From an uncultured delta proteobacterium (GTDB lineage: Bacteria; Myxococcota_A; Polyangia; Polyangiales; Polyangiaceae): 64,000 nucleotides of DNA. Below, piece after piece: positions 39,026 through 48,392 of the stretch. The DNA lies in assembly GCA_963782055.1 (NCBI GenBank), contig CAWAIF010000003.1, positions 4,512,001-4,576,000 of the forward strand, read 5' to 3'. The position numbers and the translations under genes were made by a program. The notes beneath the pieces are model-generated. The model was not told where the DNA came from. It saw only the letters and a program-made list of their open reading frames with translations, and searched no databases. Position 1 is the stretch's first letter. Each line of letters starts with the position of its first letter.

Positions 39026-42000
39026 TCACTCCAGCGCGGTCACGTGCACCCCATCCACCGCCTCCCGCGCCAGCTCCACCACCCGCGCCTGGTGGGTGAA
39101 CACCAGCACCTGCGTGCGCGAAGCCAGCGTCGCCAGCGCCCGGAGCCCCGCGCGCGTCCGCGGGTCGTCGAAGCGGATGAACACGTCGTCCAGCACCACC
39201 GGGAGCGGCGCGCGCGAGACGGCCAGGCGCTCCAGGCTGGCGATGCGCAGCGCGAGGTAGAGCTGGTCGCGCGTGCCGTCGCTCAGCGCCGGGACGCCCA
39301 GCTCGCGGCCGTCGGCGCGGACCGCGCGCAGCACCGGCTCGTCGTCCTCGCCGAAGCCCACCGCCAGCGACCCGAAGCCGCCCAGCGTCACCGCGGCGAA
39401 GAGCTCCCCTGCCCTCTCCAGCAGCGGGCCCTGGTTGCGCTTGCGGTAGCCCTCGATCTCCCGCGCCAGGACGGCGGCGGCGAGGCGCGCACACGCCGCG
39501 CGCTCGGCGAGGTCGCGGATGCGCGCGAGCTCCTGCTGCGCCTGCATCGCCGCGCCCAGCGCGAGGGACTCGCCGGCGAGCTGGGGCAGCCCCTGCTCGT
39601 TCGCCCCGATCTCGTGGTTCTTGCGCTGCAGCTCATCCTCCAGCTCGCGGAGGCGCTCGTCGATCCGCTCCAGCCGCGCCGCGGCGTGCGCGGCGTCCTC
39701 CGGGGCGCCGTCCCCCAGCTCGCCGGCGAGCGACCGGAGCTCGCGGCTCGCCGCCTCCTCCGCCTCGCGCTGCACCGCGAGCTGCGACTCCAGCTCCTTC
39801 AGCTCGTCCTGCTTCGCGCGACGCTCCGCCTGATCGGCGACCCACTTCTTGTGCAGGGCGTTGAGCTCCTCGGCGGCGACGATCGCCGCCTTGCCGGCGA
39901 GCCCGGGCGCGCAGGCGCCAACCAGGCGAGCCACGTCCTTCTCGAAGCGGTCCGCGTCGCGGCCGATGGACTCCACGCGCCGCCGGAGCTTCTCCAGCGC
40001 GTCGACCTCCTGGAAGAGGCGGCCGAGCTCGTCGACGACGGCGGCGACCTCCTCCGGCAGCGCGTCCGGGCCGAGGCCGAGGCCCGCCGTCGCCTCCGCC
40101 CAGGACGCGCGCCAGGTGTGCACGGCGGCCTCCGCCACCTCGCGCGCCTGCCGCTTCGTCGCGAGGTCCGCCGTCACCCGGTCTTGCTCCTTCTGCGCGG
40201 CCCGGCGCTCCTGCTGCGCCTCGCGCGCGGCCTCGATCGCGTCCTCGGCGGCGACGAAGGCCTCCTCGAGCGACGCAGGCGACGAACTCAGGGCGGCGGC
40301 GAAGCGCTCGAGCGCCTCGTCGCGGGCACGGGCGGCCTCCGTCTCCTCGCGCCCGGCCGCCTCCAGCTCCGCGACGGCGATCACCAGCGACGCGTGCTTC
40401 TGTAGCCAGCCGCGCATGGCCTCCGGCGGGCCCGGCTCCACGCCGGCCGGCCGCCAGAGCACCGCCCACGCCGCCGCGCGCTCCGCCGCCTCGCGCGCCG
40501 CCGCCTCGCGACCAGCGCCCAGCACGGCCAGCTTCGCGCGTGCCTCCTTCCCCCCTTCCTCCAGCTGCACCAGCCGCATCGCGCGCGCGGCGTCGTGCCG
40601 GAGGCGGTCGGCGACGGAGTCGGCGCGCGCGATCGCGTCCGCCAGCGCGTCGAAGTCCTTCGCTCCGGACCGCACGCGGCCGAGGATCGCGTCGCGCGCG
40701 TCGCGCGCTGCGGTGAGCTCCTCCTGGCGCGGGACGTCCCCCTCCGCCCGCAGCTCCGCCAGCCCCCGGTCGACCTCGACGAGGGCCATCTCCAGGTCCT
40801 GCGCGCGCTTGCGCGCGTCCCCGTCCGCGCGGCGCGCCTCCTCGTCGCGGGCGTTCGCCTCTTGCACCGCCTCCGCCGCCGGCACGGGCCGTCGCGCCGC
40901 GGCGACCGGATCGGCGCCCAGGCCGAGCGACTCCGCGAGCGCTCGCGCCCGCGCCCGCAGCCCGGCCGTCTTCTCGCGCGCCCCGGTGACGCGCGCCGCC
41001 ACGTCGCTGCCTCGCTGCGCGCGCAGCAACCGCGAGAGCGGCCCGACGGCGGGAGCGTCCGGCGCCGTCGCGAGGGCCCGCTCCGCCGACCCGAGCTCCC
41101 GCTCCGCCGCCTGCTCCGCCTCCCGGGCGCCCGCGAGCTTCTCCTCCAGCACCGCCCCCTGCTGCGCGAGCTTGCGCGTCCGCACCTCGGCGCCGCGCGC
41201 CATCCGGAGGCGCTCCGCCTCCTCGAGGGTCATGTCCTTTCGCACCCGCACCAGCGCCGCCGACACCTCCCCCTCCAGCCCGACGATCTCCCCCTCCAGC
41301 TTGGGCAGGTCCGCCTGCGCCTTGCGGTGGCTGCCGAGCTGCTCGGCGAGCGCGGCGAGCTGCGGCTCGTGCGCGAGCATCGCCTCCGAGACCACGATGG
41401 CTTCGACCGCGTCGCGCAGGGCCACGCGCCGGGCATCCAGACGGGCGCGCTGCTCGCCGACGGTCTCCAGGCGTTCCCGCGCCGCCCGCCACCGCGCGAG
41501 GCGATCGCGCTCCCTGTCCAGCGCCGCCCGCTCGCGCGTCAGCTCCTCCCGCTCGGCGCGTGCTCGTCGCACGCCCTCCACCTGCGTGTTGTACGTCTCC
41601 ACCGCCGTTCCCAGCGCGATCACGCGCTTCTTCGCCTCGGCGAGCGCCTTGATCGCCTGGTTGAGCGGGCGCGTGTGCGCGCGGGGCGAGAAGAGCTCCT
41701 CCGCCTCCCGCCGCTTCTCCACCAGCAGGGCGTGCAGCTCGGTGGCGCCGGTCGCCGCGGCGTAGAGGCTCTCGCCCAGGTCGCCCTTGCCCTCGAGGAG
41801 CGCCTCCGCGCCGCGGCGCAGCCGCTCGTCGTCCAGGCCGAAGGTGGTCTCGTACATCGCGCGAGTCACGCCGCCGAGCATGCGCTCGAGAGGCGCGGGG
41901 TCCAGCGGCTGGTCGGAGGGCGTGAGCAGGGTGTTCTTGCGGCCCTTGCGCCGCACCACCTCCAGCGCCTCGCCCGTCTCGTCCTGGAGCAGCGCGCCGA

Positions 42001-42205
42001 TGCGCAGGCGCTCGGGCGTGATGGTGTGCGCGTCGGTGGTGCGCTCCTCGACGCCGAACAGCAGGCCCAGCACCGCCCGCAGCGCGGTGCTCTTGCCCGC
42101 CTCGTTGTGACCGAAGACCACGTCCAGGCCGCCCGCCGGGCCGAAGCGCAGAAGCTTGCCCTCGAAGGGGCCGTAGGCGAGCAGGCGCAGCTCGGCGATC
42201 CTCAC
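39026..42205 (-). CDS. YhaN/SbcC-like SMC-type ATPase (AAA_27)
   Basis: Walker A GHNEAGKS, long coiled coil, LSDGTRDQLYLALR, Walker B VLDDVFIRFD; GTG 42205. Confidence 0.93.
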   Translation of the reverse strand: MRIAELRLLAYGPFEGKLLRFGPAGGLDVVFGHNEAGKSTALRAVLGLLFGVEERTTDAHTITPERLRIGALLQDETGEALEVVRRKGRKNTLLTPSDQPLDPAPLERMLGGVTRAMYETTFGLDDERLRRGAEALLEGKGDLGESLYAAATGATELHALLVEKRREAEELFSPRAHTRPLNQAIKALAEAKKRVIALGTAVETYNTQVEGVRRARAEREELTRERAALDRERDRLARWRAARERLETVGEQRARLDARRVALRDAVEAIVVSEAMLAHEPQLAALAEQLGSHRKAQADLPKLEGEIVGLEGEVSAALVRVRKDMTLEEAERLRMARGAEVRTRKLAQQGAVLEEKLAGAREAEQAAERELGSAERALATAPDAPAVGPLSRLLRAQRGSDVAARVTGAREKTAGLRARARALAESLGLGADPVAAARRPVPAAEAVQEANARDEEARRADGDARKRAQDLEMALVEVDRGLAELRAEGDVPRQEELTAARDARDAILGRVRSGAKDFDALADAIARADSVADRLRHDAARAMRLVQLEEGGKEARAKLAVLGAGREAAAREAAERAAAWAVLWRPAGVEPGPPEAMRGWLQKHASLVIAVAELEAAGREETEAARARDEALERFAAALSSSPASLEEAFVAAEDAIEAAREAQQERRAAQKEQDRVTADLATKRQAREVAEAAVHTWRASWAEATAGLGLGPDALPEEVAAVVDELGRLFQEVDALEKLRRRVESIGRDADRFEKDVARLVGACAPGLAGKAAIVAAEELNALHKKWVADQAERRAKQDELKELESQLAVQREAEEAASRELRSLAGELGDGAPEDAAHAAARLERIDERLRELEDELQRKNHEIGANEQGLPQLAGESLALGAAMQAQQELARIRDLAERAACARLAAAVLAREIEGYRKRNQGPLLERAGELFAAVTLGGFGSLAVGFGEDDEPVLRAVRADGRELGVPALSDGTRDQLYLALRIASLERLAVSRAPLPVVLDDVFIRFDDPRTRAGLRALATLASRTQVLVFTHQARVVELAREAVDGVHVTALE

Positions 42206-42239
42206 GGCGAGGCCCTCGCGGCGAGCGTCGTCGAAGCCC

Positions 42240-43490
42240 TCACGCGTCGCCTTCCGCGCCGAAGAGGCGCAGGGCGATGGTCTCCTCCACCTCGCCGAGC
42301 AGCCGGCGGATCTCGGCCGGGTCGGAGAGGTCCAGGGAGTCCTCACCCTCGACGTGCGGCGGGAGCTTGCCGCGCAGCTCGCCCAGGGCCTCCTCCCCCA
42401 GGGCGAGCACCTCGGCGTCGGACGCCTCGCGCAGACCGCGGACGGCGCCGAGCAGCTCGGCGGCGAGGCCCTCCGGGATGGGCGCGGCCGGCTCCTGCGA
42501 CCGCTCCAGGACCAGACGCTCGACCCACACGCCCCCCACGTCGGTGGCCATGGCTTGCAGCTCCGCCCGCACGCGCTCCGGATCGGCGGCGGCCGCCTGG
42601 TGCGCGTGACCGCGACCGCGCAGCACGACGCGCGCGGCGACCGGCCTCCCCTCCGCGGCCTCCACCTCCGCCTCCAGCGCCTCACGCGCCGCCGCCAGCC
42701 AGTCGTCCTCGCGCATCGCGTCGGTCACCGCGACGCGACATTGCGCCCAGCGCGCCACGTCGAGCACACGATGCTGCACCGACACGACGCGCCCCGCCTC
42801 CGCCACCACCAGCGTCGCGCCCTTCGCGCCCGTCTCCCGCGCGTGCCGCCCCTGCAGGTTGCCGGGGAAGACCACCCACGGCGACTCGGAGAGCACCTCC
42901 CGCGTGTGGACGTGGCCGAGCGCCCAGTAGTCGTAGCCCTTGTCCGCGAGCGCGGCGGGGGAGCACGGCGCGTACGGCGCGTGGCCCTCCCGCCCGTCGG
43001 CGCTGGTGTGGAGCAGCCCCACGTTGATCGCGCCCGCGACCGGCGCGGGGTACGCGCGGGACAGGTCGTCGGTCACCGCCTTGGTTGGGAAGCTCTGGCC
43101 GTGGACCGCGACGCCCAGCTCGTCGTAGACCACCGTCTCCGGCTTCCTCGACGAGAGCTCCTTCACGTTCTCCGGCAGGCGCAGGTGGCGGGTGATCTGG
43201 CTTGCCGCGTCGTGGTTGCCGCGGACGATCATCACGCGCACGCCCGCCTCGCGCAGCTTGCTCATCTGCTCCGCGAAGAAGAGGCCGGTGGCGTAGTCAC
43301 GCCAGGAGCCGTCGTAGAGATCGCCGGCGACGAGGAGCAGCTCTGCGTCCTCGTCGACGCAGAGCTGCACCAGGTTCTCGAGCGCGCGGCGGGTCGCGCC
43401 GCGCAGCGCGGCCTCGGGCGCCCCCTCGTAGCGCTGCAGCCCGCGCATCGGGCTGTCCAGGTGGATGTCGGCGGCGTGGACGAAGCGCAT
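42240..43490 (-). CDS. YhaO/SbcD/Mre11-like metallophosphoesterase nuclease
   Basis: HAADIHLDSP, AGDLYD, GNHD, GLLHT, YWALGHVH. Confidence 0.95.
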   Translation of the reverse strand: MRFVHAADIHLDSPMRGLQRYEGAPEAALRGATRRALENLVQLCVDEDAELLLVAGDLYDGSWRDYATGLFFAEQMSKLREAGVRVMIVRGNHDAASQITRHLRLPENVKELSSRKPETVVYDELGVAVHGQSFPTKAVTDDLSRAYPAPVAGAINVGLLHTSADGREGHAPYAPCSPAALADKGYDYWALGHVHTREVLSESPWVVFPGNLQGRHARETGAKGATLVVAEAGRVVSVQHRVLDVARWAQCRVAVTDAMREDDWLAAAREALEAEVEAAEGRPVAARVVLRGRGHAHQAAAADPERVRAELQAMATDVGGVWVERLVLERSQEPAAPIPEGLAAELLGAVRGLREASDAEVLALGEEALGELRGKLPPHVEGEDSLDLSDPAEIRRLLGEVEETIALRLFGAEGDA

Positions 43491-43519
43491 CGACGCTCAG
43501 GGGTTGCGAAGAGCCCCTC

Positions 43520-45175
43520 TCACGGCATCGCCATGTACTTCTGCTCGTACTGCGTCGTGAGCTGACTCAGGCGGTCGAACATGGAGAAGTCCTGCATCAT
43601 CTTCTGCGACCAGTAGCCGGCGACCTGCGAGAAGTCCTGGGCGTTCATCTGGAAGTGCTTGTTGAGGCCGGCGTTGACGTCCTTGCCCTGCTTGCTCCAC
43701 GCGGCCATCGCCCCGGAGATCTCGGCGTACTTCTCGAAGCTCACCGGCTCCGCGCTGGCCATCGCCCCGCCCACCATGCCCTGCGCCGCCGCCTGGCCCG
43801 CCGCGCCGAACTTGCCCGAGCCCGCGGCGAGGAAGGCCTGGCTGTAGGCCGTCGCCACCGTGCCGGTCGTGTCCGTCGACATGCGCTCCAGCCACAGCTT
43901 GGCGACGCGGTCCCACTTCTCGCGGTCCATGCCCTGCTGCGCGAGGATCTGGTTGAACTGCTCGGGCGGCGTGCCGCCGATCTTGGCCTGGAGGCCCGCG
44001 TAGACCTCCATCGTCACGCCCTCGATGGGGGAGAGCACGTCGCCCGCCGTCTCGATGGCGAAGGCGTTGCGATCGCCCATCGCGCGCTGCATGGCGCGCT
44101 GCTGCGCGGCCATCATCTCGTTCGACCCGGCCTGCTCCGACATGTGCTCGTTGAACGTCTGCTCCACCACGCGACGGTGCGCCATGTCGCGGTAGCCGAA
44201 CTTCTGCAGGAGCTTCTGCTGCTTGTCCGGCTCGCTGTCGAAGAACTGCAGCATCATCTGGTGGTAGAAGAACTCCTCCGTCTGGTCCGGCCGCAGGGGC
44301 CCCCAGTCGCGCGCGTCGCGCGGGACCTGCACCTGCGCGGGCGCGCCGCCGTGGGCCTGCTGCCAGACGTCGTTGTGGCGCATCTCGTCGTAGAAGAACT
44401 TCACGCGGCTCTCGACGAACTTCGCCTGCTGCTCGGGGCTCGCCGGCTCGATCGCGGCCCTGGCTGCCGCGTACGACGTCCAGTAGTCCTTCTCCAGCCG
44501 CTCCCACTCCTTCAGGGAGTCCAGTGGCTGGTCGGGCCAGTCGCCCGACTGCCGGTGGATGTCGCAGCGCCTGCGCTCCCACGCGTTCTTGTGGTTCTCG
44601 ATGGCGAAGTACTTGTCCATCGTCTGCACGGCCGCGACGATGTCCGGCGCGTAGGCGAAGTACGTGGCCACGGCGGCGTCGGGCATCACCTGCACCACCG
44701 ACCGGCACGCGGGGCACGTCACCGTCGCGCTCTGCGCGCGCACGTCGGCGTGGATGGGGGCGCCGCAGCGCGAGCAGGGCACCGGCTTGCCCATCGCTTG
44801 CTGCGCGCGCGGCCACATCGCCTTGAGGTGCTCCAGCTGCCAGTGCTTCTCGTATCGCGCCCAGCTCCGCTCGATCCACGCGCGCATCTCGCGCTCCTGC
44901 GCCTGCCCCTCGTCGGTGAGGTCGTCGCCGGCGTCGGCGTCGCTCAGGCGGTCGTTGAGATCACTCCAGCGGGCGCCCAGCTTGGTGCCGAAGTCCATCA
45001 CCTGCTGGCGGATGGCGTTGAGCGCGTTGGCCAGCGGCGTGGGATCGGTGGGGTTTTGCGCGATCAGGCCCTGGCAGCCACCCTCGGCGTCCTTGAGCAT
45101 CCGCTGCACCTGCTGCACCGTCTGCTGAACCGCTTGCTGCCACTCGCCCCAGATCTGCTGCTGCGCAGGCGTCAT
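43520..45175 (-). CDS. Zn-ribbon protein with C-terminal DUF6620-like helical repeats
   Basis: CSRC...CPAC; repeats PIEGVTMEVYAGL.../PVSFEKYAEI... each with a W..RM/KM. Confidence 0.8.
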   Translation of the reverse strand: MTPAQQQIWGEWQQAVQQTVQQVQRMLKDAEGGCQGLIAQNPTDPTPLANALNAIRQQVMDFGTKLGARWSDLNDRLSDADAGDDLTDEGQAQEREMRAWIERSWARYEKHWQLEHLKAMWPRAQQAMGKPVPCSRCGAPIHADVRAQSATVTCPACRSVVQVMPDAAVATYFAYAPDIVAAVQTMDKYFAIENHKNAWERRRCDIHRQSGDWPDQPLDSLKEWERLEKDYWTSYAAARAAIEPASPEQQAKFVESRVKFFYDEMRHNDVWQQAHGGAPAQVQVPRDARDWGPLRPDQTEEFFYHQMMLQFFDSEPDKQQKLLQKFGYRDMAHRRVVEQTFNEHMSEQAGSNEMMAAQQRAMQRAMGDRNAFAIETAGDVLSPIEGVTMEVYAGLQAKIGGTPPEQFNQILAQQGMDREKWDRVAKLWLERMSTDTTGTVATAYSQAFLAAGSGKFGAAGQAAAQGMVGGAMASAEPVSFEKYAEISGAMAAWSKQGKDVNAGLNKHFQMNAQDFSQVAGYWSQKMMQDFSMFDRLSQLTTQYEQKYMAMP

Positions 45176-45178
45176 CGT

Positions 45179-45736
45179 TCACCTCTCTCCGGCGCCCCCG
45201 GCCATCGGCCGGCGACAGAATCGACACATGAAGTCCATGGGTGCTTCCTGCGGGCCGCCACAGTGCACGCAGGTGAGCACACCGGCTCGTTCGTATTTCA
45301 TGTTCGCCCAGGGCACCTCCTTGGAGGTGCTCTCGGCGTTGGCGAAGATGGATGCCAGCCCGGGCGCGGCGGGCGCGGCGGGCGCGGGCGCGGCGGCGGG
45401 GGCCGGGCGCGGGGGGACGACGGCGGCCTCGTAGCGGGCGAGCTCGCCCTCCGGCAGGGCGTCCAGCTCGGCGGACATGGCCACGCCGGACGGCTGCGCG
45501 CGCGCCCACGCCGCGAGGGCGCGCAGCGCGACGAGGACCTCGCTCGGCACCGCACCGCGCGTCATCCCCAGGGCCGCGACGGACTGGTGTCGCTCGGTGG
45601 GCGTCATCGGGGCGAGGCCGTAGCGCGCCAGCAGGGCGTCCCAGTCGGCTCCGCCGCCCGCGGGCGCCGCCTTGGCGGTCGCGACGATGAACTGCAGGTG
45701 CCCCTGCACCTGCGCGCGCAGATCGGCGTCGTTCAC
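45179..45736 (-). CDS. Hypothetical protein with a C-terminal Zn ribbon
   Basis: CVHCGGP...CRFCRRP; ends 3 nt before the next ATG. Confidence 0.8.
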   Translation of the reverse strand: MNDADLRAQVQGHLQFIVATAKAAPAGGGADWDALLARYGLAPMTPTERHQSVAALGMTRGAVPSEVLVALRALAAWARAQPSGVAMSAELDALPEGELARYEAAVVPPRPAPAAAPAPAAPAAPGLASIFANAESTSKEVPWANMKYERAGVLTCVHCGGPQEAPMDFMCRFCRRPMAGGAGER

Positions 45737-45837
45737 GGGCGAGGCATCCCTCGTCGGCAGGGACCGAGCGCGCTCGGAGGCGTTCGAGAGGGGGGCGTGC
45801 GCGCGAGCATGCGCGACAGGGTACAGCGAGCGGGCGC

Positions 45838-45870
45838 CCCGCCGCTAGCCTGCTCGGGCTAGCCGGGGCG
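45838..45870. terminator. GC hairpin downstream of the beta-helix gene
   Basis: GCTAGCC...GGCTAGC stem; no U-tract. Confidence 0.35.
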
Positions 45871-45878
45871 GCCGGCCG

Positions 45879-47567
45879 TCACTGCTCGAAGGCGCCGATG
45901 TCCGGCGAGGCGCCCTGCGGGATGGCGGTGCCCGCGTAGTCCTCGGTGAAGGAGAGGTCCACGCCGTGATCCACCGCGGGCGACGCCGCCTTGGGCTTGA
46001 AGCCGCTCGGGTCGGTGTTGATCGACGCGAAGGGCGCCGACCACATCGGGTCGCCGTACAGGCCGTGCTTCTCGAAGCCCTGCGCCTGCATGCCGGCGAG
46101 GTTGAGCTTCTTCGCGGCGCCGCCACCGGGGCTCTCCGCCGGTCCGGAGTCCAGGATGGCGACGGCGTCGCCCTGCCCTGTGCGGAAGAAGAGGTTGTAA
46201 TCGCCGGCCGCGCCCTGCATGGAGTCCGGCGTGATCATGTAGCCGACGTCGTCGTCGTAGAAGATGTTGCCCTGGATCTGCGCGCCGCTCGACTCCTGGA
46301 TGTGGATGCCGGCGCTGCCCTGACCGTTGGCGTTGGCGATCACGTTGTCGGCGATGAGGTGGTTGCCCGCGACCTGGAAGCCGTCGCCCAGGATGCGGAT
46401 CGCGTAGTAGGAGCGCGACTGGTTGAGGATGTTGTGGTGGATCTTGAAGTTGCGGCACTCGAACTCCAGGTAGATCCACGCCGTGGAGCCGAAGGCGGAG
46501 GTGTTGTCCTCGAAGTAGTTGTCGGCGATCTCCACGTCGTCGATGGTGAGCGAGGCGTCGTCGGGGCGGGAGAAGACGAAGATGCCGTCGCGGTGCCAGG
46601 CGCTGCACACGTAGTACTGGTCGAAGTCGTGGATGGTGTTGTGCGAGATGGTCAGTCCCGCGAGGTGCGTCCCGGGCTTGCTGTCCCCCAGCGCCGCGAC
46701 GATGCCCCAGTTCATGTTGGTGATCTCGTTGCAGGCGGTGGTGCCGCCGGTCACCGAGGCGCCGTCGGCGGAGATGGAGATGCCTGCGTTGCCGCAGTCA
46801 CGCACGTGGTTGGCGTAGACGTTGGTCTGGGGGGAGTTGTTGACCGAGATGCCGGTGCCGCGCTGCGCCTCCCAGCTCGTGCCGCCGGGGTTCTTCGCGT
46901 AGTAGACGTCGTGGATGACGTTGCCGACCACCTCGTCGTGGTCGCCGCCGTCCACGCTCACCGCGGTCGAGCCCTTGGTCTTGTCGAAGTGGCGGACCTC
47001 GAGACCCTCGACGACGACGTAGGAGGCGCCCTGCACGCCGATGCCGAGGGAGCGGGTGTCCTGCCCGTCGACGATCGCGCTACCGGAGCCCCAGCCCTGC
47101 TGCGCGCCGCCCTCCAGCACGATGGGCTTGGAGGCGCTGCCGCTCGCCTTGACGACGATGGTGCCGTCGTACTCGACGCCCCCCTTGAGGAGCACCACGT
47201 CGCCGGGGGCGAGCTTGGCCGCGGCGGCGTTGCCGGTGGCGGCGGCGTCGCCCGGCGCGTGCTTCCAGGCAGCGCCCTGCGACTTGCCGTCGGCGGCGTC
47301 GCTGCCCGCGGCGAAGTCGACGTAGTAGGTCGGCGTGCGGACCGGCAGCGTGGCGAGGGTGGTGCAAGCGGGAGGCGTGGGGTGGGGGCCGGCGTCGTCG
47401 GGAGGCGGCGGGGCGACGTCGCCGCCCCCCTGCGCGTCGGAGGGGTTGCCGCCGTCGGGGGTGGTGGACGAGCCGCCGTCGTCGCCGCAGGCGGGGGCGA
47501 AGGCCACGGTGAAGAGCAGAGCCCCCGAGGCGAGGAGCCCGAGGATGGATGAGGCGCGCGCCGACAT
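45879..47567 (-). CDS. Lipoprotein with a right-handed parallel beta-helix (pectin-lyase-like)
   Basis: Lipobox APAC, TYYVD, PGDVVLLKGG, repeated N-x-I/V-H-D strands, C-terminal PDIGAFE. Confidence 0.88.
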   Translation of the reverse strand: MSARASSILGLLASGALLFTVAFAPACGDDGGSSTTPDGGNPSDAQGGGDVAPPPPDDAGPHPTPPACTTLATLPVRTPTYYVDFAAGSDAADGKSQGAAWKHAPGDAAATGNAAAAKLAPGDVVLLKGGVEYDGTIVVKASGSASKPIVLEGGAQQGWGSGSAIVDGQDTRSLGIGVQGASYVVVEGLEVRHFDKTKGSTAVSVDGGDHDEVVGNVIHDVYYAKNPGGTSWEAQRGTGISVNNSPQTNVYANHVRDCGNAGISISADGASVTGGTTACNEITNMNWGIVAALGDSKPGTHLAGLTISHNTIHDFDQYYVCSAWHRDGIFVFSRPDDASLTIDDVEIADNYFEDNTSAFGSTAWIYLEFECRNFKIHHNILNQSRSYYAIRILGDGFQVAGNHLIADNVIANANGQGSAGIHIQESSGAQIQGNIFYDDDVGYMITPDSMQGAAGDYNLFFRTGQGDAVAILDSGPAESPGGGAAKKLNLAGMQAQGFEKHGLYGDPMWSAPFASINTDPSGFKPKAASPAVDHGVDLSFTEDYAGTAIPQGASPDIGAFEQ

Positions 47568-47637
47568 ACGGACAGACTACGACGCCTGCCCCGCAACCAC
47601 CTCCCCGCAACCCGGCATCCTACCGGGACCGCCACGC

Positions 47638-47680
47638 TTGACGGGCGATCTTCCCTATAATAGAGCATCGTCCACTATAC
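47638..47680 (+). promoter_or_regulatory. AT-rich promoter/operator region of the peroxiredoxin gene
   Basis: TTGACG, TATAAT and ATAG-N11-CTAT in otherwise GC-rich DNA; spacing is non-canonical. Confidence 0.35.
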
Positions 47681-47723
47681 CGAATCATGTCGCGTCCAGC
47701 GACCACCGGCCAAGGAGCCCGTC

Positions 47724-48365
47724 ATGAGCGACACGCAGACCGCCCTCCCCCGCCTCAACGAGCCCGCTCCGCAGTTCTCGGCGACGTCCACGCACGGCCC
47801 CATCAAGCTCTCCGACTACAAGGGCAAGTGGGTCGTCCTCTTCTCGCACCCCGCAGATTTCACGCCCGTCTGCAGCACCGAGTTCGCCGGCTTCGCCGCC
47901 CGCCACGAGGACTTCAAGAAGCGCAACGTGCAGCTCATCGGCGTCTCCATCGACAGCGTGTACTCGCACATCGCGTGGACGCGCAGCATCGAGCAGCTGC
48001 TCGGGCAGAAGATCCAGTTCCCCGTCATCGCCGACCTCGACATGAAGGTGGCCCACGCCTACGGCATGATCCACCCCGGCGCGAGCACGACGGCGACGGT
48101 GCGGTGCGTCTTCGTCATCGACCCGAGCCAGGTCGTGCGGGCGATGATCTACTACCCGCTGACGACCGGGCGGAGCATCGACGAGATCATCCGCCTCGTG
48201 GACGCGCTGCAGCTCAACACCGAGAAGGGCGTGGCGACCCCCGCCAACTGGAACCCGGGGGACAAGGTCATCGTCCCGCCGCCCGTCACCGCCGAGTCCG
48301 CCGAGAAGCGCGGTGGCGAGGGCTTCGAGACCAAGGACTGGTACCTCTCCTTCAAGAAGGGCTGA
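47724..48365 (+). CDS. Peroxiredoxin (Prx6 type)
   Basis: SHPADFTPVCSTE, YPLTTGR, VATPANW. Confidence 0.96.
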   Translation: MSDTQTALPRLNEPAPQFSATSTHGPIKLSDYKGKWVVLFSHPADFTPVCSTEFAGFAARHEDFKKRNVQLIGVSIDSVYSHIAWTRSIEQLLGQKIQFPVIADLDMKVAHAYGMIHPGASTTATVRCVFVIDPSQVVRAMIYYPLTTGRSIDEIIRLVDALQLNTEKGVATPANWNPGDKVIVPPPVTAESAEKRGGEGFETKDWYLSFKKG

Positions 48366-48370
48366 GGTCG

Positions 48371-48391
48371 AAAAGGCGGGCGTCGGCCCGC
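48371..48391 (-). terminator. Intrinsic terminator for purK (possibly bidirectional)
   Basis: GCGGGC-GTCG-GCCCGC stem preceded by AAAA (U-tract on the minus strand). Confidence 0.55.
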
Positions 48392-48392
48392 G

